From: Candidatus Moraniibacteriota bacterium
Lineage (GTDB): Bacteria; Patescibacteriota; Minisyncoccia; Moranbacterales; UBA1568
DNA: 64,000 nucleotides
Assembly (NCBI GenBank): GCA_963743885.1
Contig: CAVURJ010000002.1
Span: 36,721 to 100,720 of the forward strand
Direction: 5' to 3'
Position 1 is the stretch's first letter; each line of letters starts with the position of its first letter. Below the pieces are notes generated by a model, which searched no databases, had not been told where the DNA came from, and saw only the letters and a program-made list of their open reading frames with translations. Shown here one piece after another: positions 29,747 to 39,298 of this stretch. The translations under genes and the position numbers were made by a program.

Positions 29747-30196
29747 ATGAAATCCATGAATATAAAGTTCAAAATCGTCACTCCAGAACGTACCGTGGTA
29801 GAACAGGAAGTCTACCAAGCGACTCTTCCGGTCGAGGATGGCGAAGTGACCATCTTGCCTGAGCATGTGCCATATGTCGGCGCGCTCAAGGCTGGTGAGA
29901 TTATGCTTCGCCGTGAGATGAATGGCGAGCCGGAGAGCCTGGCGACGTCAGGTGGCTTCGTCGAATTCCATGACAATACGATGGTGATTCTCGCTGATAC
30001 AGCTGAGCGGGCCGAGGAGATTGACCTCGAGCGGGCTGAAGCAGCACGTAAGCGGGCCGAGGAACTGAAGGAAGAGCGTATCCATATGGACGATGAGGAA
30101 TATGCTCGTACAGCGGCGCTTATTGAGAAAGAGATGGCGCGCGTGAGAGTAGCCAAGAAGCATCATAGCCGGCACGGAGTCTCTCTCGGAGAATAG
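29747..30196 (+). CDS. atpC: ATP synthase subunit epsilon
   Basis: IVTPER, GEVTILPEHVP, SGGFVE and ILADTAERAEEID. Confidence 0.96.
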   Translation: MKSMNIKFKIVTPERTVVEQEVYQATLPVEDGEVTILPEHVPYVGALKAGEIMLRREMNGEPESLATSGGFVEFHDNTMVILADTAERAEEIDLERAEAARKRAEELKEERIHMDDEEYARTAALIEKEMARVRVAKKHHSRHGVSLGE

Positions 30197-30263
30197 ATCT
30201 TGTAGCTTCAGAAAAGAAAAAAGCGCGTCCATGAGGCTTCAATGGGCGCGCTTTGGGTGTCCG

Positions 30264-30968
30264 CTATCTTCGTACGTGTGATTGTGTGGAGATGGCTCCT
30301 TCCGCATATATCGGGGCGCTATCTGGGTCGTCGGCGGCCTGTCTGATGCGTTCGAGGATGTTTCGGATGCGAGTCGAAGACTGTTTCCATATCCGGAAAA
30401 GCTCCTTCGTCTCGCTAGTGGAACGGAATTCCTCGAATTCTTTGATGAGGGCGGCCGCTTGTTCTGGTGAGGGGATGGTAGCGTCATTGCTGATGCTGAG
30501 ATAGCGTGCGAGATCAGTTGAGCCACTGAAGGCCTCGAGAGCTTTTTCTTGTATGGCTCCATGGAGGATACCGTAGAGAAAGAAATCCTGCGGATGGCGG
30601 TGGCCGTTCTTTTCAGCCATCTTGGCGAGGACGCATGCTAGCGCGTAGGTTTCGGTGGCATTTTTGTAAGCGGCGGCACGATGATCGTGTGGAGCTTCTT
30701 CGATGTGGGTGATTGCTTTGAGAACGCCATCGAATCCGAGGATATTGATGATGCTTTGGACTGAGTGTGGCCGCTTGAGAAGGCGGCTTCCAGAATCTTG
30801 GCAGATCTTGACAGCCTTCTCGAAGAGCAGAGCGACCGCTAACGGTTGGAGAACGAGAAGTTCTGCCAGGTCTTTGAATGACACATCCCTGGTGATGTCA
30901 TCGATCATCTTATGAAGGTTGTTGGCGAATCCTTTGGTGACATACGCTTTTTTCCCGTCTTGCAGCAT
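30264..30968 (-). CDS. Degenerate HDOD-like protein (orphan cassette)
   Basis: SFKDLAELL..QPLAVALL, SVQSIINILG and FFLYGILHG follow the HDOD pattern; AAGGAG SD; promoter TTGACT-17-TATAAT at 31019-31047; terminator at about 30212-30254. Confidence 0.65.
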   Translation of the reverse strand: MLQDGKKAYVTKGFANNLHKMIDDITRDVSFKDLAELLVLQPLAVALLFEKAVKICQDSGSRLLKRPHSVQSIINILGFDGVLKAITHIEEAPHDHRAAAYKNATETYALACVLAKMAEKNGHRHPQDFFLYGILHGAIQEKALEAFSGSTDLARYLSISNDATIPSPEQAAALIKEFEEFRSTSETKELFRIWKQSSTRIRNILERIRQAADDPDSAPIYAEGAISTQSHVRR

Positions 30969-31238
30969 GATGATCTCCTTGTAGATGTTGCGGAAAAAAT
31001 ATTGTCAAACAACAGCGTATTATACATCCATTGTATTTAAAAGTCAAGCATAGTTTCTTGAAAAAAAGCCTCATTTCCGGTAGAGTGGGTAGGTGATACA
31101 TGATTCTACCCCTATGCCCGGTAGTAGAACTTCGACCGGGTATTGGAATCCTTATTATAAAGCATGATTTCGGAGAGTAAACATTAATGGAGGCTTTCTC
31201 AGTTTTTAAAAAGAATTGTCGAAGTTTCACTACCGGGT

Positions 31239-34145
31239 ATGGCTCAAAAAAACTACAATCCGAAGGCAATCGAGGCGAAGTGGCAGAAGTATTGGGAGAA
31301 GCATGGTACGTATCGTCAGTATAGCCGCAAGCAGGGCTTCTATGTGCTCGATATGTTCCCGTATCCGTCGGGAGCAGGACTCCATGTCGGTCATCCGCGC
31401 GGATATATTGCGACGGATGTTGTGGCGCGCTTCAAGCAGCTTGAGGGTTGCGGTGTGCTCCATCCGATGGGATGGGACGCGTTCGGGTTGCCAGCTGAAC
31501 AGTATGCTCTCAAGAACAAGGTGCATCCGTCGATCGCGACCAAGAAGAATGTCGCGACGTTCAAGAAGCAATTGGAGAAGATCGGTCTCACCTATGATTG
31601 GGAGCGCGAGATCAATACGACCGATCCGGAATATTATAAGTGGACACAGTGGATCTTCCTAGAGATGTGGAAGCGGGGCTTGGCATACGAATCGAACGAA
31701 CCGATCAATTGGTGCCCGTCATGCAAGACCGGTCTTGCCAATGAGGATTTGGAGCAGGGGAAGTGCGAGCGTTGCGGGACAGTCGTCGAGAAGCGGCCAC
31801 TCCGCCAGTGGGTGCTTGCCATGACCAAGTATGCTGACCGGTTGCTCAAGGATCTCGATAGTAAGGACCTTGATTGGAGCGAGTCGATCAAGGAACAGCA
31901 GCGTAATTGGATCGGACGGAGCGAAGGTGCTGAGGTTGCCTTTCCGATTGTCGGGACCGAAGAAGAGCTCCGCGTGTATACAACGCGCGTCGATACGATT
32001 TTCGGGTGTACGTACGTCGTGGTCGCGCCTGAGCATTCTTTGCTGAAGAATCAAGAATCAAGAATCAAGAATCAAGAGGAAGTCAGAAAGTATATAAAGA
32101 AGGCGGCGAACAAGTCTGATCTTGAGAGGACGGAACTGGCGAAAGAGAAGACCGGCGTGAAGCTCGAGGGTGTCGAGGCGATCAACCCATTCGATGGGGC
32201 GAAGGTCCCGGTGTATGTCGCGGACTATGTGCTCGGTTCCTACGGTACAGGCGCGGTGATGGCGGTCCCGGCGCATGATGAGCGCGATTTTGAGTTTGCG
32301 AAGAAATATAGTTTGCCGATCAAGCTTTCAGTGGCGCCGTTTTTTTCTGACACAGAAGGTAAAGATGCTGTACGAAAAGACAAGCCGACGGTGCGACGGC
32401 GGACCGCTTATGCGCTCGTCAAGCATTGGAGCGAGGACAAATATATTTGCCTGGATTGGGAGAAATTCGGATGGCATTCGGGGATCATCGGTGGCATCGA
32501 AGAAGGCGAGGACCCGATTGTGGCGGCTTCTCGTGAAATTATAGAAGAGACTGGCTATCAGAATCCGGTATTTGTAAAGTATATCGGGGAAGCGATGCAC
32601 AATTATTTTTATGCCGCTCACAAGGAAGTGAACCGTTATGCGGATGGTGTTGGGATGCTGTTTCAATTGAAGAACGGTAAATGGAACGAGCCAGACAAAG
32701 AAGAAACAAAAAACCATAAGGCAGTCTGGATTTCTGGCGACGAGATGACATCATTCCTTACACTGAGAAACTTCCAATATATGTGGGAAGTCTTGAAAAA
32801 GGGAGAGGAGTGCTATACAGAAGACGGGGTACTCATCGATTCTGGAGAGTTCACTGGGCTTGCGTCGGCAGAGGCAAGGAAGAAGATGACAGCATGGCTC
32901 TCGAAGGAGAAACTTGGCAAGAAGAAGGTGAACTACAAGATGCGTGATTGGACGTTTAGTCGGCAGCGCTATTGGGGCGAGCCGATCCCGCTCGTACATT
33001 GTGAGTTCTGTGGCATCGTGCCGGTGCCGGAGAAAGACCTTCCGCTTCTTCTTCCAAAGGTGAAGTCGTATGAGCCGACCGATACGGGCGAATCGCCGCT
33101 TGCGGCTATCTCGAAGTGGGTGAATACCAAGTGCCCGCAGTGCAAGGGGCCGGCCAAGCGCGAGACCAATACCATGCCGCAGTGGGCGGGTTCGAGCTGG
33201 TACTATCTTCGCTATATCGATCCGAAGAACAAGAAGGCTCTTGTCGACAAGAAGAAGGAGCAGAAGATGATGCCGGTTGATCTCTATGTCGGCGGGACGG
33301 AGCATGCGACAAGACACCTTCTCTATGCACGTTTTTGGCACAAGTTCCTCTATGATATCAAGATCGTCTCTGGCAAGGAGCCGTTCAAGAAGCTCGTGAA
33401 CCAGGGGCTTATCGTGGCATCTGATGGCCGTAAGATGAGCAAGCGCTGGGGCAACGTGGTCAATCCAGACGATATGATCGCAGAGTTCGGGGCGGACGCA
33501 TTCCGTACCTATGAGATGTTCATGGGGCCTTTTACACAGTCGATTGCCTGGAATACCGAAGGTCTTGTCGGGACGCGGCGGTTCCTTGAGAAAGTCTGGA
33601 GACTTTCTCAGAAAACAGTTAACAGTCAACAATCAACGGGGAATAAGAATATTGAGACGTTGCTTCATAAGACAATCAAGAGCGTGACAGAAGATATTGA
33701 AGGATTCAAGTTCAATACAGCGATTAGTTCGCTCATGATTCTTGTGAACGCCCTCGAAAAAGAGCCAGAAATATCACTCATCACTTATCGGACATCTCTT
33801 ATCCTCTTAAGTCCGTTCGCCCCGCATATCGCGGAAGAGCTGTGGTCGCAATTGAAGAATCACCCTTCGACAGGCTCAGGGTCATCCAAAACGGAAGAGA
33901 AATCAATATTCCTTGCTGAGTGGCCGAAGTGGGACAAGAAGAAAATCGTTGAGGAGACGGTGAATGTCGCCGTACAGGTGAATGGTAAGGTGCGCGCTGT
34001 GATCGCGGTCGCCGCTGGAAGCGATGAGGCTGCTGTGAAGGCGCAGGCGCTCGCCGATGCGAACGTACAGACACATATCGCCGGTAAGAACGTCCGTAAG
34101 GTAATCTACGTTCCTGGACGAATCTTCAATATCGTTGTGGGATAA
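31239..34145 (+). CDS. leuS: Leucine--tRNA ligase with an inserted Nudix domain
   Basis: MFPYPSGAGLHVGH, GTGAVMAVPAHDERD, SRQRYWGEPIP and KMSKRWGN; internal Nudix box. Confidence 0.97.
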   Translation: MAQKNYNPKAIEAKWQKYWEKHGTYRQYSRKQGFYVLDMFPYPSGAGLHVGHPRGYIATDVVARFKQLEGCGVLHPMGWDAFGLPAEQYALKNKVHPSIATKKNVATFKKQLEKIGLTYDWEREINTTDPEYYKWTQWIFLEMWKRGLAYESNEPINWCPSCKTGLANEDLEQGKCERCGTVVEKRPLRQWVLAMTKYADRLLKDLDSKDLDWSESIKEQQRNWIGRSEGAEVAFPIVGTEEELRVYTTRVDTIFGCTYVVVAPEHSLLKNQESRIKNQEEVRKYIKKAANKSDLERTELAKEKTGVKLEGVEAINPFDGAKVPVYVADYVLGSYGTGAVMAVPAHDERDFEFAKKYSLPIKLSVAPFFSDTEGKDAVRKDKPTVRRRTAYALVKHWSEDKYICLDWEKFGWHSGIIGGIEEGEDPIVAASREIIEETGYQNPVFVKYIGEAMHNYFYAAHKEVNRYADGVGMLFQLKNGKWNEPDKEETKNHKAVWISGDEMTSFLTLRNFQYMWEVLKKGEECYTEDGVLIDSGEFTGLASAEARKKMTAWLSKEKLGKKKVNYKMRDWTFSRQRYWGEPIPLVHCEFCGIVPVPEKDLPLLLPKVKSYEPTDTGESPLAAISKWVNTKCPQCKGPAKRETNTMPQWAGSSWYYLRYIDPKNKKALVDKKKEQKMMPVDLYVGGTEHATRHLLYARFWHKFLYDIKIVSGKEPFKKLVNQGLIVASDGRKMSKRWGNVVNPDDMIAEFGADAFRTYEMFMGPFTQSIAWNTEGLVGTRRFLEKVWRLSQKTVNSQQSTGNKNIETLLHKTIKSVTEDIEGFKFNTAISSLMILVNALEKEPEISLITYRTSLILLSPFAPHIAEELWSQLKNHPSTGSGSSKTEEKSIFLAEWPKWDKKKIVEETVNVAVQVNGKVRAVIAVAAGSDEAAVKAQALADANVQTHIAGKNVRKVIYVPGRIFNIVVG
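32048..32077 (+). repeat. In-frame perfect heptamer array (GAATCAA x4) in leuS
   Basis: Encodes KNQESRIKNQE; same unit as the arms at 39299 and 38396. Confidence 0.9.
33862..33882. repeat. 21-bp REP-like palindrome in frame in leuS
   Basis: acccttcgacaggctcagggt, encoding HPSTGSGS. Confidence 0.75.
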
Positions 34146-34165
34146 AGCAATCATCTATCAGTATA

Positions 34166-34197
34166 GAAAATACCAGGTATGTACTTGGTATTTTTTA
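34166..34197 (+). terminator. Intrinsic terminator after leuS
   Basis: aaaatacca..tggtatttt stem with a T-run. Confidence 0.7.
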
Positions 34198-34262
34198 TGT
34201 TCTAAAAAAGAAATGCCCCGGCGCGGTTGTGCGTCGGGGCTGGTCGTGGCTTCGAAGGCCGG

Positions 34263-34622
34263 TCACTCTTGTTTCGGGCACTCGGTCACGATGGTGTCCT
34301 CGATGAGGGAGACGGCTACTGCCGAGAATCTGGCTGTCTTGTAGCTCGGTTCTGCCATGACCTTTTGTTCTACATCACGCAGCATGTCGGCTTTGAACGG
34401 CTGGTTGCAAAGCGTAATGGTCGCATTGCCGAAACCGAAGTTGCTGTTGTTATCCTTCAGCATGTAGCTGACAAGATAGGTGTGCTTGTGCAGCTCGATT
34501 GGCTTGCTGGTCGCTGCTGGTTTTGAACTAAGGAAGAACATGAATGCCATGCCGGCTATGAGGTAGGTAATCGCGATTGCCCAAAGCGCGACATGAGTTG
34601 TTTCAACCTTTTTTGATTCCAC
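34263..34622 (-). CDS. Single-TM hypothetical protein (orphan cassette)
   Basis: GTG start after AAGGAG; TM VALWAIAITYLIAGMAFMFFL; promoter TTGACT-17-TACCAT at 34680-34708; terminator at about 34204-34241. Confidence 0.65.
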   Translation of the reverse strand: MESKKVETTHVALWAIAITYLIAGMAFMFFLSSKPAATSKPIELHKHTYLVSYMLKDNNSNFGFGNATITLCNQPFKADMLRDVEQKVMAEPSYKTARFSAVAVSLIEDTIVTECPKQE

Positions 34623-34799
34623 GATGAATCTCCTTGTGAAGTGTGGGGCCGAACAGAATTGGTAAATCAACAACATTCTATGGTAGCACAAAAACATGAA
34701 AAAGTCAATGGCGGTGGATTGGAAATATTCTAAAAATGGCTTGAAATAGCGGAAATGGTATACTAGAAGTATAAAAGATTCTTTTAGGATTTCCTTGTT

Positions 34800-35444
34800 A
34801 TGAAGATTTTCCTTGATTTTGATCGGACGCTCTTTGATCTCGATGCGTTCCATAAGGAAGCGCGCGAGACCTTAGAGGGGCAAGGGCTTCCAGAAGGGGC
34901 GTACCTCGCTTCGAAGCAGCCGTTCTCGACGGCGAGCGGTATGCCTGGCGGGTCATATACGCCGGAGCGGCACGAAGCCGAGCTCAAGAGGTTGTTTCCT
35001 GGAAACGGATCGTCCCTCGCTTCTTTCGTGCGCGGGCTCAATAGGGATGGGCGGCGGTTTGTGTTCCCTGGCGCGGAGGATTTTCTCCGTGAGATAGCGG
35101 AGCACGAGTTGATCATTCTTACCTTCGGCAACGATGAGTATCAGCGGTACAAGATTGCTGGCAGCGGATTGGAAGGCTTGGTCGATCGGATCATCGTGAC
35201 GGACGAGGATAAGTGGGCGGCTATGCGTGCAGAGCTCTCTTTCGGCGAGGAGGCAATCTTCGTGGATGACCACGGTGGATATTTCTTAGAAAAGCCGGAG
35301 GATATCCCGGTTTGCGGCATACACCTGGTGCGCGCCGGCCAGGAAGATTGTGGGAACTGCCTCGCGCATACGCATGTCAGTGATCTCGCTGAGACCTTGC
35401 AGACCATACGAAAGTATCCTCTCAAACAAGCGGATATCCGATAG
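34800..35444 (+). CDS. HAD-superfamily hydrolase
   Basis: IFLDFDRTLF, LIILTFG, K and IFVDD motifs. Confidence 0.85.
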   Translation: MKIFLDFDRTLFDLDAFHKEARETLEGQGLPEGAYLASKQPFSTASGMPGGSYTPERHEAELKRLFPGNGSSLASFVRGLNRDGRRFVFPGAEDFLREIAEHELIILTFGNDEYQRYKIAGSGLEGLVDRIIVTDEDKWAAMRAELSFGEEAIFVDDHGGYFLEKPEDIPVCGIHLVRAGQEDCGNCLAHTHVSDLAETLQTIRKYPLKQADIR

Positions 35445-35525
35445 GAATTTTCAGGCTGGAGCCAGGGTAGAATGAAATCCGTTTTCGCGGTAGAATGGGT
35501 TGGTAATGGCTATACGGAAAACAGC

Positions 35526-36197
35526 ATGAAAACGACTATTCCCCAGTATCTCCCGCTTGATAAGCCGCTCATTATCTTTGACCTCGAGACGACCGGACTG
35601 GCTGCTGGCGAGGATAAAATCATTGAGCTTGCGTATGAGAAGATTCTGCCGGATGGCGAGATCATTGCATACTGCCAGCGCATCAACCCAGGGCGGCCGA
35701 TTCCTCCGGAGTCGAGCCAGGTGAACGGCATCTACGACAAGGATGTTGCTCTCGCTCCGAGCTTTGCGACGCTCTGCTATGAGCTCTGGAATATGTTCGA
35801 TGGTTCCGATGTTGGCGGCTTCAATGTAACCGGATTTGATCTTCCGTTCTTGCGCGGCGAGTTCGCGACGGTCGGGAAGAACTTCGATTTTTCGCAGAAG
35901 AAGGTGCTTGATGCGAAGATCCTCTATCACAAGATGTCGGCGCGTGACATGTTCGCGCCGAGGAACCTCAGTGCGGCGTACAAGCTCTATTGTGGCAAGG
36001 AACATGTGACAGCGCATACGGGTGCTGGTGACGTGCGGGTGACGGTCGAGATCCTGGAGAAGCAGCTTGAGAAGTATCCGGAGTTCCGCAGCTGGGATTA
36101 CATCGCCGAGCTCCATGGCAACAAGAAGCTCCTCGAGTCGGCTAAGACGGAGCATGCGCCTTTGGTGGAGAAGGGAATGCTAGGCACGTTGTTTTGA
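35526..36197 (+). CDS. DEDDh 3'-5' exonuclease (DnaQ-like)
   Basis: FDLETTG, GFN..GFDLPFL and AHTGAGD. Confidence 0.92.
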   Translation: MKTTIPQYLPLDKPLIIFDLETTGLAAGEDKIIELAYEKILPDGEIIAYCQRINPGRPIPPESSQVNGIYDKDVALAPSFATLCYELWNMFDGSDVGGFNVTGFDLPFLRGEFATVGKNFDFSQKKVLDAKILYHKMSARDMFAPRNLSAAYKLYCGKEHVTAHTGAGDVRVTVEILEKQLEKYPEFRSWDYIAELHGNKKLLESAKTEHAPLVEKGMLGTLF

Positions 36198-36199
36198 AG

Positions 36200-36320
36200 T
36201 TCAAAATTCAAAATAACAAGCTCCAAATAAATTCAAAAACATAATTTTCAAAACGTGAGATCTTATTTTGATTTTGATATTATGATTTATTTGGAAATTG
36301 AGATTTTGAATTTGTAATTT
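36200..36320. repeat. Family A element, copy 4
   Basis: Same arms as 14401-14528. Confidence 0.9.
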
Positions 36321-36329
36321 GTCTCTCTT

Positions 36330-37097
36330 ATGGATTTTTTCCAAGCGATCATTCTGGGCGTAGTGGAGGGTCTGACAGAATTCCTGCCAGTGTCTTCGAC
36401 AGGGCATCTGATTCTCGCATCGGAACTCTTCCGCATTCCGGAGACAGAATTCCTCAAATCGTTTGAGGTGATCATTCAGCTCGGAGCGATCCTGGCTGTT
36501 GTCGTGCTGTATTGGAGGAAGCTCTTGCTTGACCGCGCAGTCATGGAGTGTATCGCGGTAGCGATCGTACCGGCGCTCGGCGTTGGCTATCTCTTTTATG
36601 CGTCGATCCGGCGGATGCTCGGGTCTGAGACCGTCGTGCTCTGGTCGCTCTTTTTGGGTGGCATCGCCATTATTCTCATCGAGCATTTTCGGAAAGGGAG
36701 AGAGGGGAAGGTTGGAGAAGTGGCTGAGATGAGCTATAAAACGGCGTTTTTCGTCGGGTTGTTTCAGGCGCTTTCGGTGATTCCCGGCGTCTCGCGCGCC
36801 GGAGCGACGATCATGGGCGGGCTTTTGCTTGGAGTGAAGCGGACGGCGATTGTTGAATTCTCGTTCTTGCTTGCGGTGCCGACGATGGTCGCGGCGACTG
36901 GGTATGATCTCTTGAAGCATGGGGCGAGTTTTTCTCGCGATGATTTCGGTTTGCTTGCTGTTGGATTCCTCGTATCATTCATTGTTGCTATTGCAGCGAT
37001 ACGGTTTTTCTTGCGTTTCGTCGGCACGCATACGTTTGTCGCTTTCGGCATCTATCGGATTGTTGCGGCAGTTTTGTTTTTCCTATTTATTCTTTGA
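36330..37097 (+). CDS. uppP: Undecaprenyl-diphosphatase
   Basis: GVVEGLTEFLPVSSTGH, IQLGAILAV and PGVSRAGAT. Confidence 0.97.
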   Translation: MDFFQAIILGVVEGLTEFLPVSSTGHLILASELFRIPETEFLKSFEVIIQLGAILAVVVLYWRKLLLDRAVMECIAVAIVPALGVGYLFYASIRRMLGSETVVLWSLFLGGIAIILIEHFRKGREGKVGEVAEMSYKTAFFVGLFQALSVIPGVSRAGATIMGGLLLGVKRTAIVEFSFLLAVPTMVAATGYDLLKHGASFSRDDFGLLAVGFLVSFIVAIAAIRFFLRFVGTHTFVAFGIYRIVAAVLFFLFIL

Positions 37098-37101
37098 GGC
37101 T

Positions 37102-37175
37102 TGTCATCCTGAGCGAAGCGAAGGATCTCGTTTTGAGATGTTGCTTCGGGATTCCTCGTTACGCTCGGAATGACA
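37102..37175. repeat. REP-like paired palindrome
   Basis: tgtcatcctgagcgaagcgaaggatct ... gattcctcgttacgctcggaatgaca. Confidence 0.8.
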
Positions 37176-37185
37176 TGAAACACTT

Positions 37186-38025
37186 ATGACACTACTGTAC
37201 GGAAAACCGGTGGCGGAGAAGATTATGGCGGATACGAAGACGCGTATCGGTGAATCAGGTGTTGTGCCAGGGCTCGCGGTGATCCTGGTGGGGGATGATG
37301 CACCGTCGCACCTGTATGTCGGACTCAAGGAAAAGGCAGCTGCCGAGGTCGGCGTGCGTTTTGAGAAATTCCTCTTTCCGGAGGCGACTGATGTGCGGGA
37401 AATTTTTCATTGCATAGAGGAACAGAATGCCCGGCCGGATGTGCATGGTATCATCGTGCAGCTGCCGCTGCCTGGCGGGTTTCCGACGGACGAGATCATC
37501 GCACATATCGATCCGAAGAAGGATACAGATGGTTTCCATCAGGAAACGCTCCGGAGATTCCTTTCGGGGAATTTTGATGCTTGCCCAGTGTTTCCACGGG
37601 CGATTATCAGCCTTCTGCGCGCATCCGGACAGGTATTCCATGGAGATAAAGGGTTGGTCATAGCGAATTCGAATATTTTAGGAGAGGTGATGCGACAAGC
37701 ACTTGCGATGGAAGGCCTGTCGGCCGAGTATACGCTTTCTTCGGAACCAAGAGAATCAATTGCGTCGGAAGTCGGAGAGGCGCGTGTCGTCGTGACAGCG
37801 TGTGGTATACCCGGACTCGTGATGGGCGAGATGCTTGGAGAAGATGCGATCGTTATCGATGGAGGCATCTCGAGCGAGGGTGGCAAGGTGGTCGGGGATG
37901 CTGATCAGGAAAGTGTCGGGAAAACAGCTGCGTTTGTCTCGCCGGTGCCGGGTGGCGTGGGGCCGGTGACAGTCGCGACGCTCCTGGCTCGCGTGGCAGA
38001 GGCGGCGACTATGTCGAGTTTGTAA
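37186..38025 (+). CDS. folD: Methylenetetrahydrofolate dehydrogenase/cyclohydrolase (divergent)
   Basis: PGLAVILVGDD..S..YV..K, HGIIVQLPLP, KDTDGFH and PVPGGVGPVT. Confidence 0.92.
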   Translation: MTLLYGKPVAEKIMADTKTRIGESGVVPGLAVILVGDDAPSHLYVGLKEKAAAEVGVRFEKFLFPEATDVREIFHCIEEQNARPDVHGIIVQLPLPGGFPTDEIIAHIDPKKDTDGFHQETLRRFLSGNFDACPVFPRAIISLLRASGQVFHGDKGLVIANSNILGEVMRQALAMEGLSAEYTLSSEPRESIASEVGEARVVVTACGIPGLVMGEMLGEDAIVIDGGISSEGGKVVGDADQESVGKTAAFVSPVPGGVGPVTVATLLARVAEAATMSSL

Positions 38026-38052
38026 AGTTAAAAGTTCATCAAGTTTATAAAG

Positions 38053-38082
38053 AAAAAAAACAGCGTTAGAGCGCTGTTTTTT
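38053..38082. terminator. Bidirectional terminator between folD and the tRNA locus
   Basis: aaaaaaacagcg-ttagag-cgctgtttttt. Confidence 0.8.
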
Positions 38083-38085
38083 CTA

Positions 38086-38320
38086 TGGTGCCGGGAGAGA
38101 CCTGCCTGCCGGCAGGCAGGGACTCGAATTGTTTCTTTTGTGGGCGAGGAGAGACTTGAACTCTCACGCTGTTGCCAGCATTGGATTTTGAGTCCAACGT
38201 GTCTACCATTCCACCACTCGCCCTATTTTTTCCGCGTGTCTACCCCTGCCTACCGGCAGGCAGGATTCCACCCGCCTCGCATCGATAAAAGCGAAGCGAG
38301 TCGAGGCGGGCCATCCCGGC
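38086..38320 (-). pseudogene. Fragmented tRNA-Leu-like remnant surrounding the intact tRNA
   Basis: Removing three palindromes leaves GCCGGGATGGTGGAATGGTAGACACGCGGA ... TTCGAGTCTCTCTCCCGGCACCA, with a perfect 7-bp acceptor stem and CCA. Confidence 0.8.
38141..38223 (-). tRNA. tRNA-Leu(CAA)
   Basis: GGGCGAG/CTCGCCC acceptor stem; TTGGA-CTCAAAA-TCCAA anticodon arm; long variable arm; GAGAG-TTCAAGT-CTCTC T arm; CCA not encoded. Confidence 0.96.
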
Positions 38321-38395
38321 CTTTTTCTTGGCTTGAAGGCACAGGGGAAGCATAGGAAATTGATAAGAGCCTGTCAATGGGCTATACTAGGGGAA

Positions 38396-38494
38396 GAATT
38401 ATGAATCAGGAATAGTGAATCAAGATAAAAACCATAGGTTTTTGTTTTTGGTGTATTTGTTCTTGATTCTTGATTCTAAATTCTTGATTCTTGG
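38396..38494. repeat. Cargo-less inverted heptamer element (GAATCAA type)
   Basis: gaattatgaatcaggaatagtgaatcaagat ... ttcttgattcttgattctaaattcttgattcttg. Confidence 0.85.
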
Positions 38495-38497
38495 GAA

Positions 38498-39289
38498 ATG
38501 GCTAAGATAATCGGTTTCGTCAATCAGAAGGGGGGCGTCGGAAAGACGACTTCTACGATCAATGTCGCTACCTATCTCGCCGAGGCTGGCAAGAAGGTGC
38601 TTTTGGTTGACCTTGATCCACAGGGTAATGCTTCGTCTGGTCTTGGCATCGATGCTCGGGCACTCGAGAAGAATCTGTATCATGCGATGATTTTGGGGCT
38701 TCCACCGCAGGAGATTATCCTACGTACGGAGACTGAGAATCTGCATATCATTCCGGCAGCGCAGGATTTGGCTGGAGCGGAGATCGAGATGGTGCATATT
38801 GATAGCCGCGAGTTTCGATTGCATAGCGTGCTTCGACAGGTGCGCGCGTATTATGATTACATTCTTATCGATAGTCCGCCGTCGCTCGGCCTCCTTACTA
38901 TCAATGGCCTGGTCGCATCTGATGAAGTGATCATCCCGGTGCAGACGGAGTACTATGCGCTTGAAGGTCTGTCGCAGCTTTTGGGGACGATTGAGCTCGT
39001 GCGTGAGCACTTGCAGCCGAATCTCAAGATCGGTGGTGCACTGCTTACTCTGTATGACCGCCGCAATCGTTTGGCGCGCCAGGTAGTGAATGAAGTGCGG
39101 ACGCATTTTCCTGGGCCAGTGTTTGAGAACGTCGTTCCGCGTTCGGTCCGGCTCGCGGAAGCGCCGAGCTATGGCAAGTCGATTCTCGATTTTGATGCTT
39201 TTTCCAAAGGTGCCCGTGCGTACAAGGGTGTGGTGCGTGAGTTGATTGCTCGGGAAGAAGAGGATAAGAAGAAACTCAAAGTCCTTTGA
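38498..39289 (+). CDS. parA: Chromosome partitioning ATPase ParA/Soj
   Basis: NQKGGVGKTT, DLDPQGNAS, DSPPSLG and PVQTEYYALEGL. Confidence 0.97.
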   Translation: MAKIIGFVNQKGGVGKTTSTINVATYLAEAGKKVLLVDLDPQGNASSGLGIDARALEKNLYHAMILGLPPQEIILRTETENLHIIPAAQDLAGAEIEMVHIDSREFRLHSVLRQVRAYYDYILIDSPPSLGLLTINGLVASDEVIIPVQTEYYALEGLSQLLGTIELVREHLQPNLKIGGALLTLYDRRNRLARQVVNEVRTHFPGPVFENVVPRSVRLAEAPSYGKSILDFDAFSKGARAYKGVVRELIAREEEDKKKLKVL

Positions 39290-39298
39290 GTTTCTTCG

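Noticed and set aside
31080-31238. T-box or riboswitch upstream of leuS (hairpin near 31107-31146)
   Set aside because: No T-box consensus or antiterminator was recognisable; only a generic hairpin.
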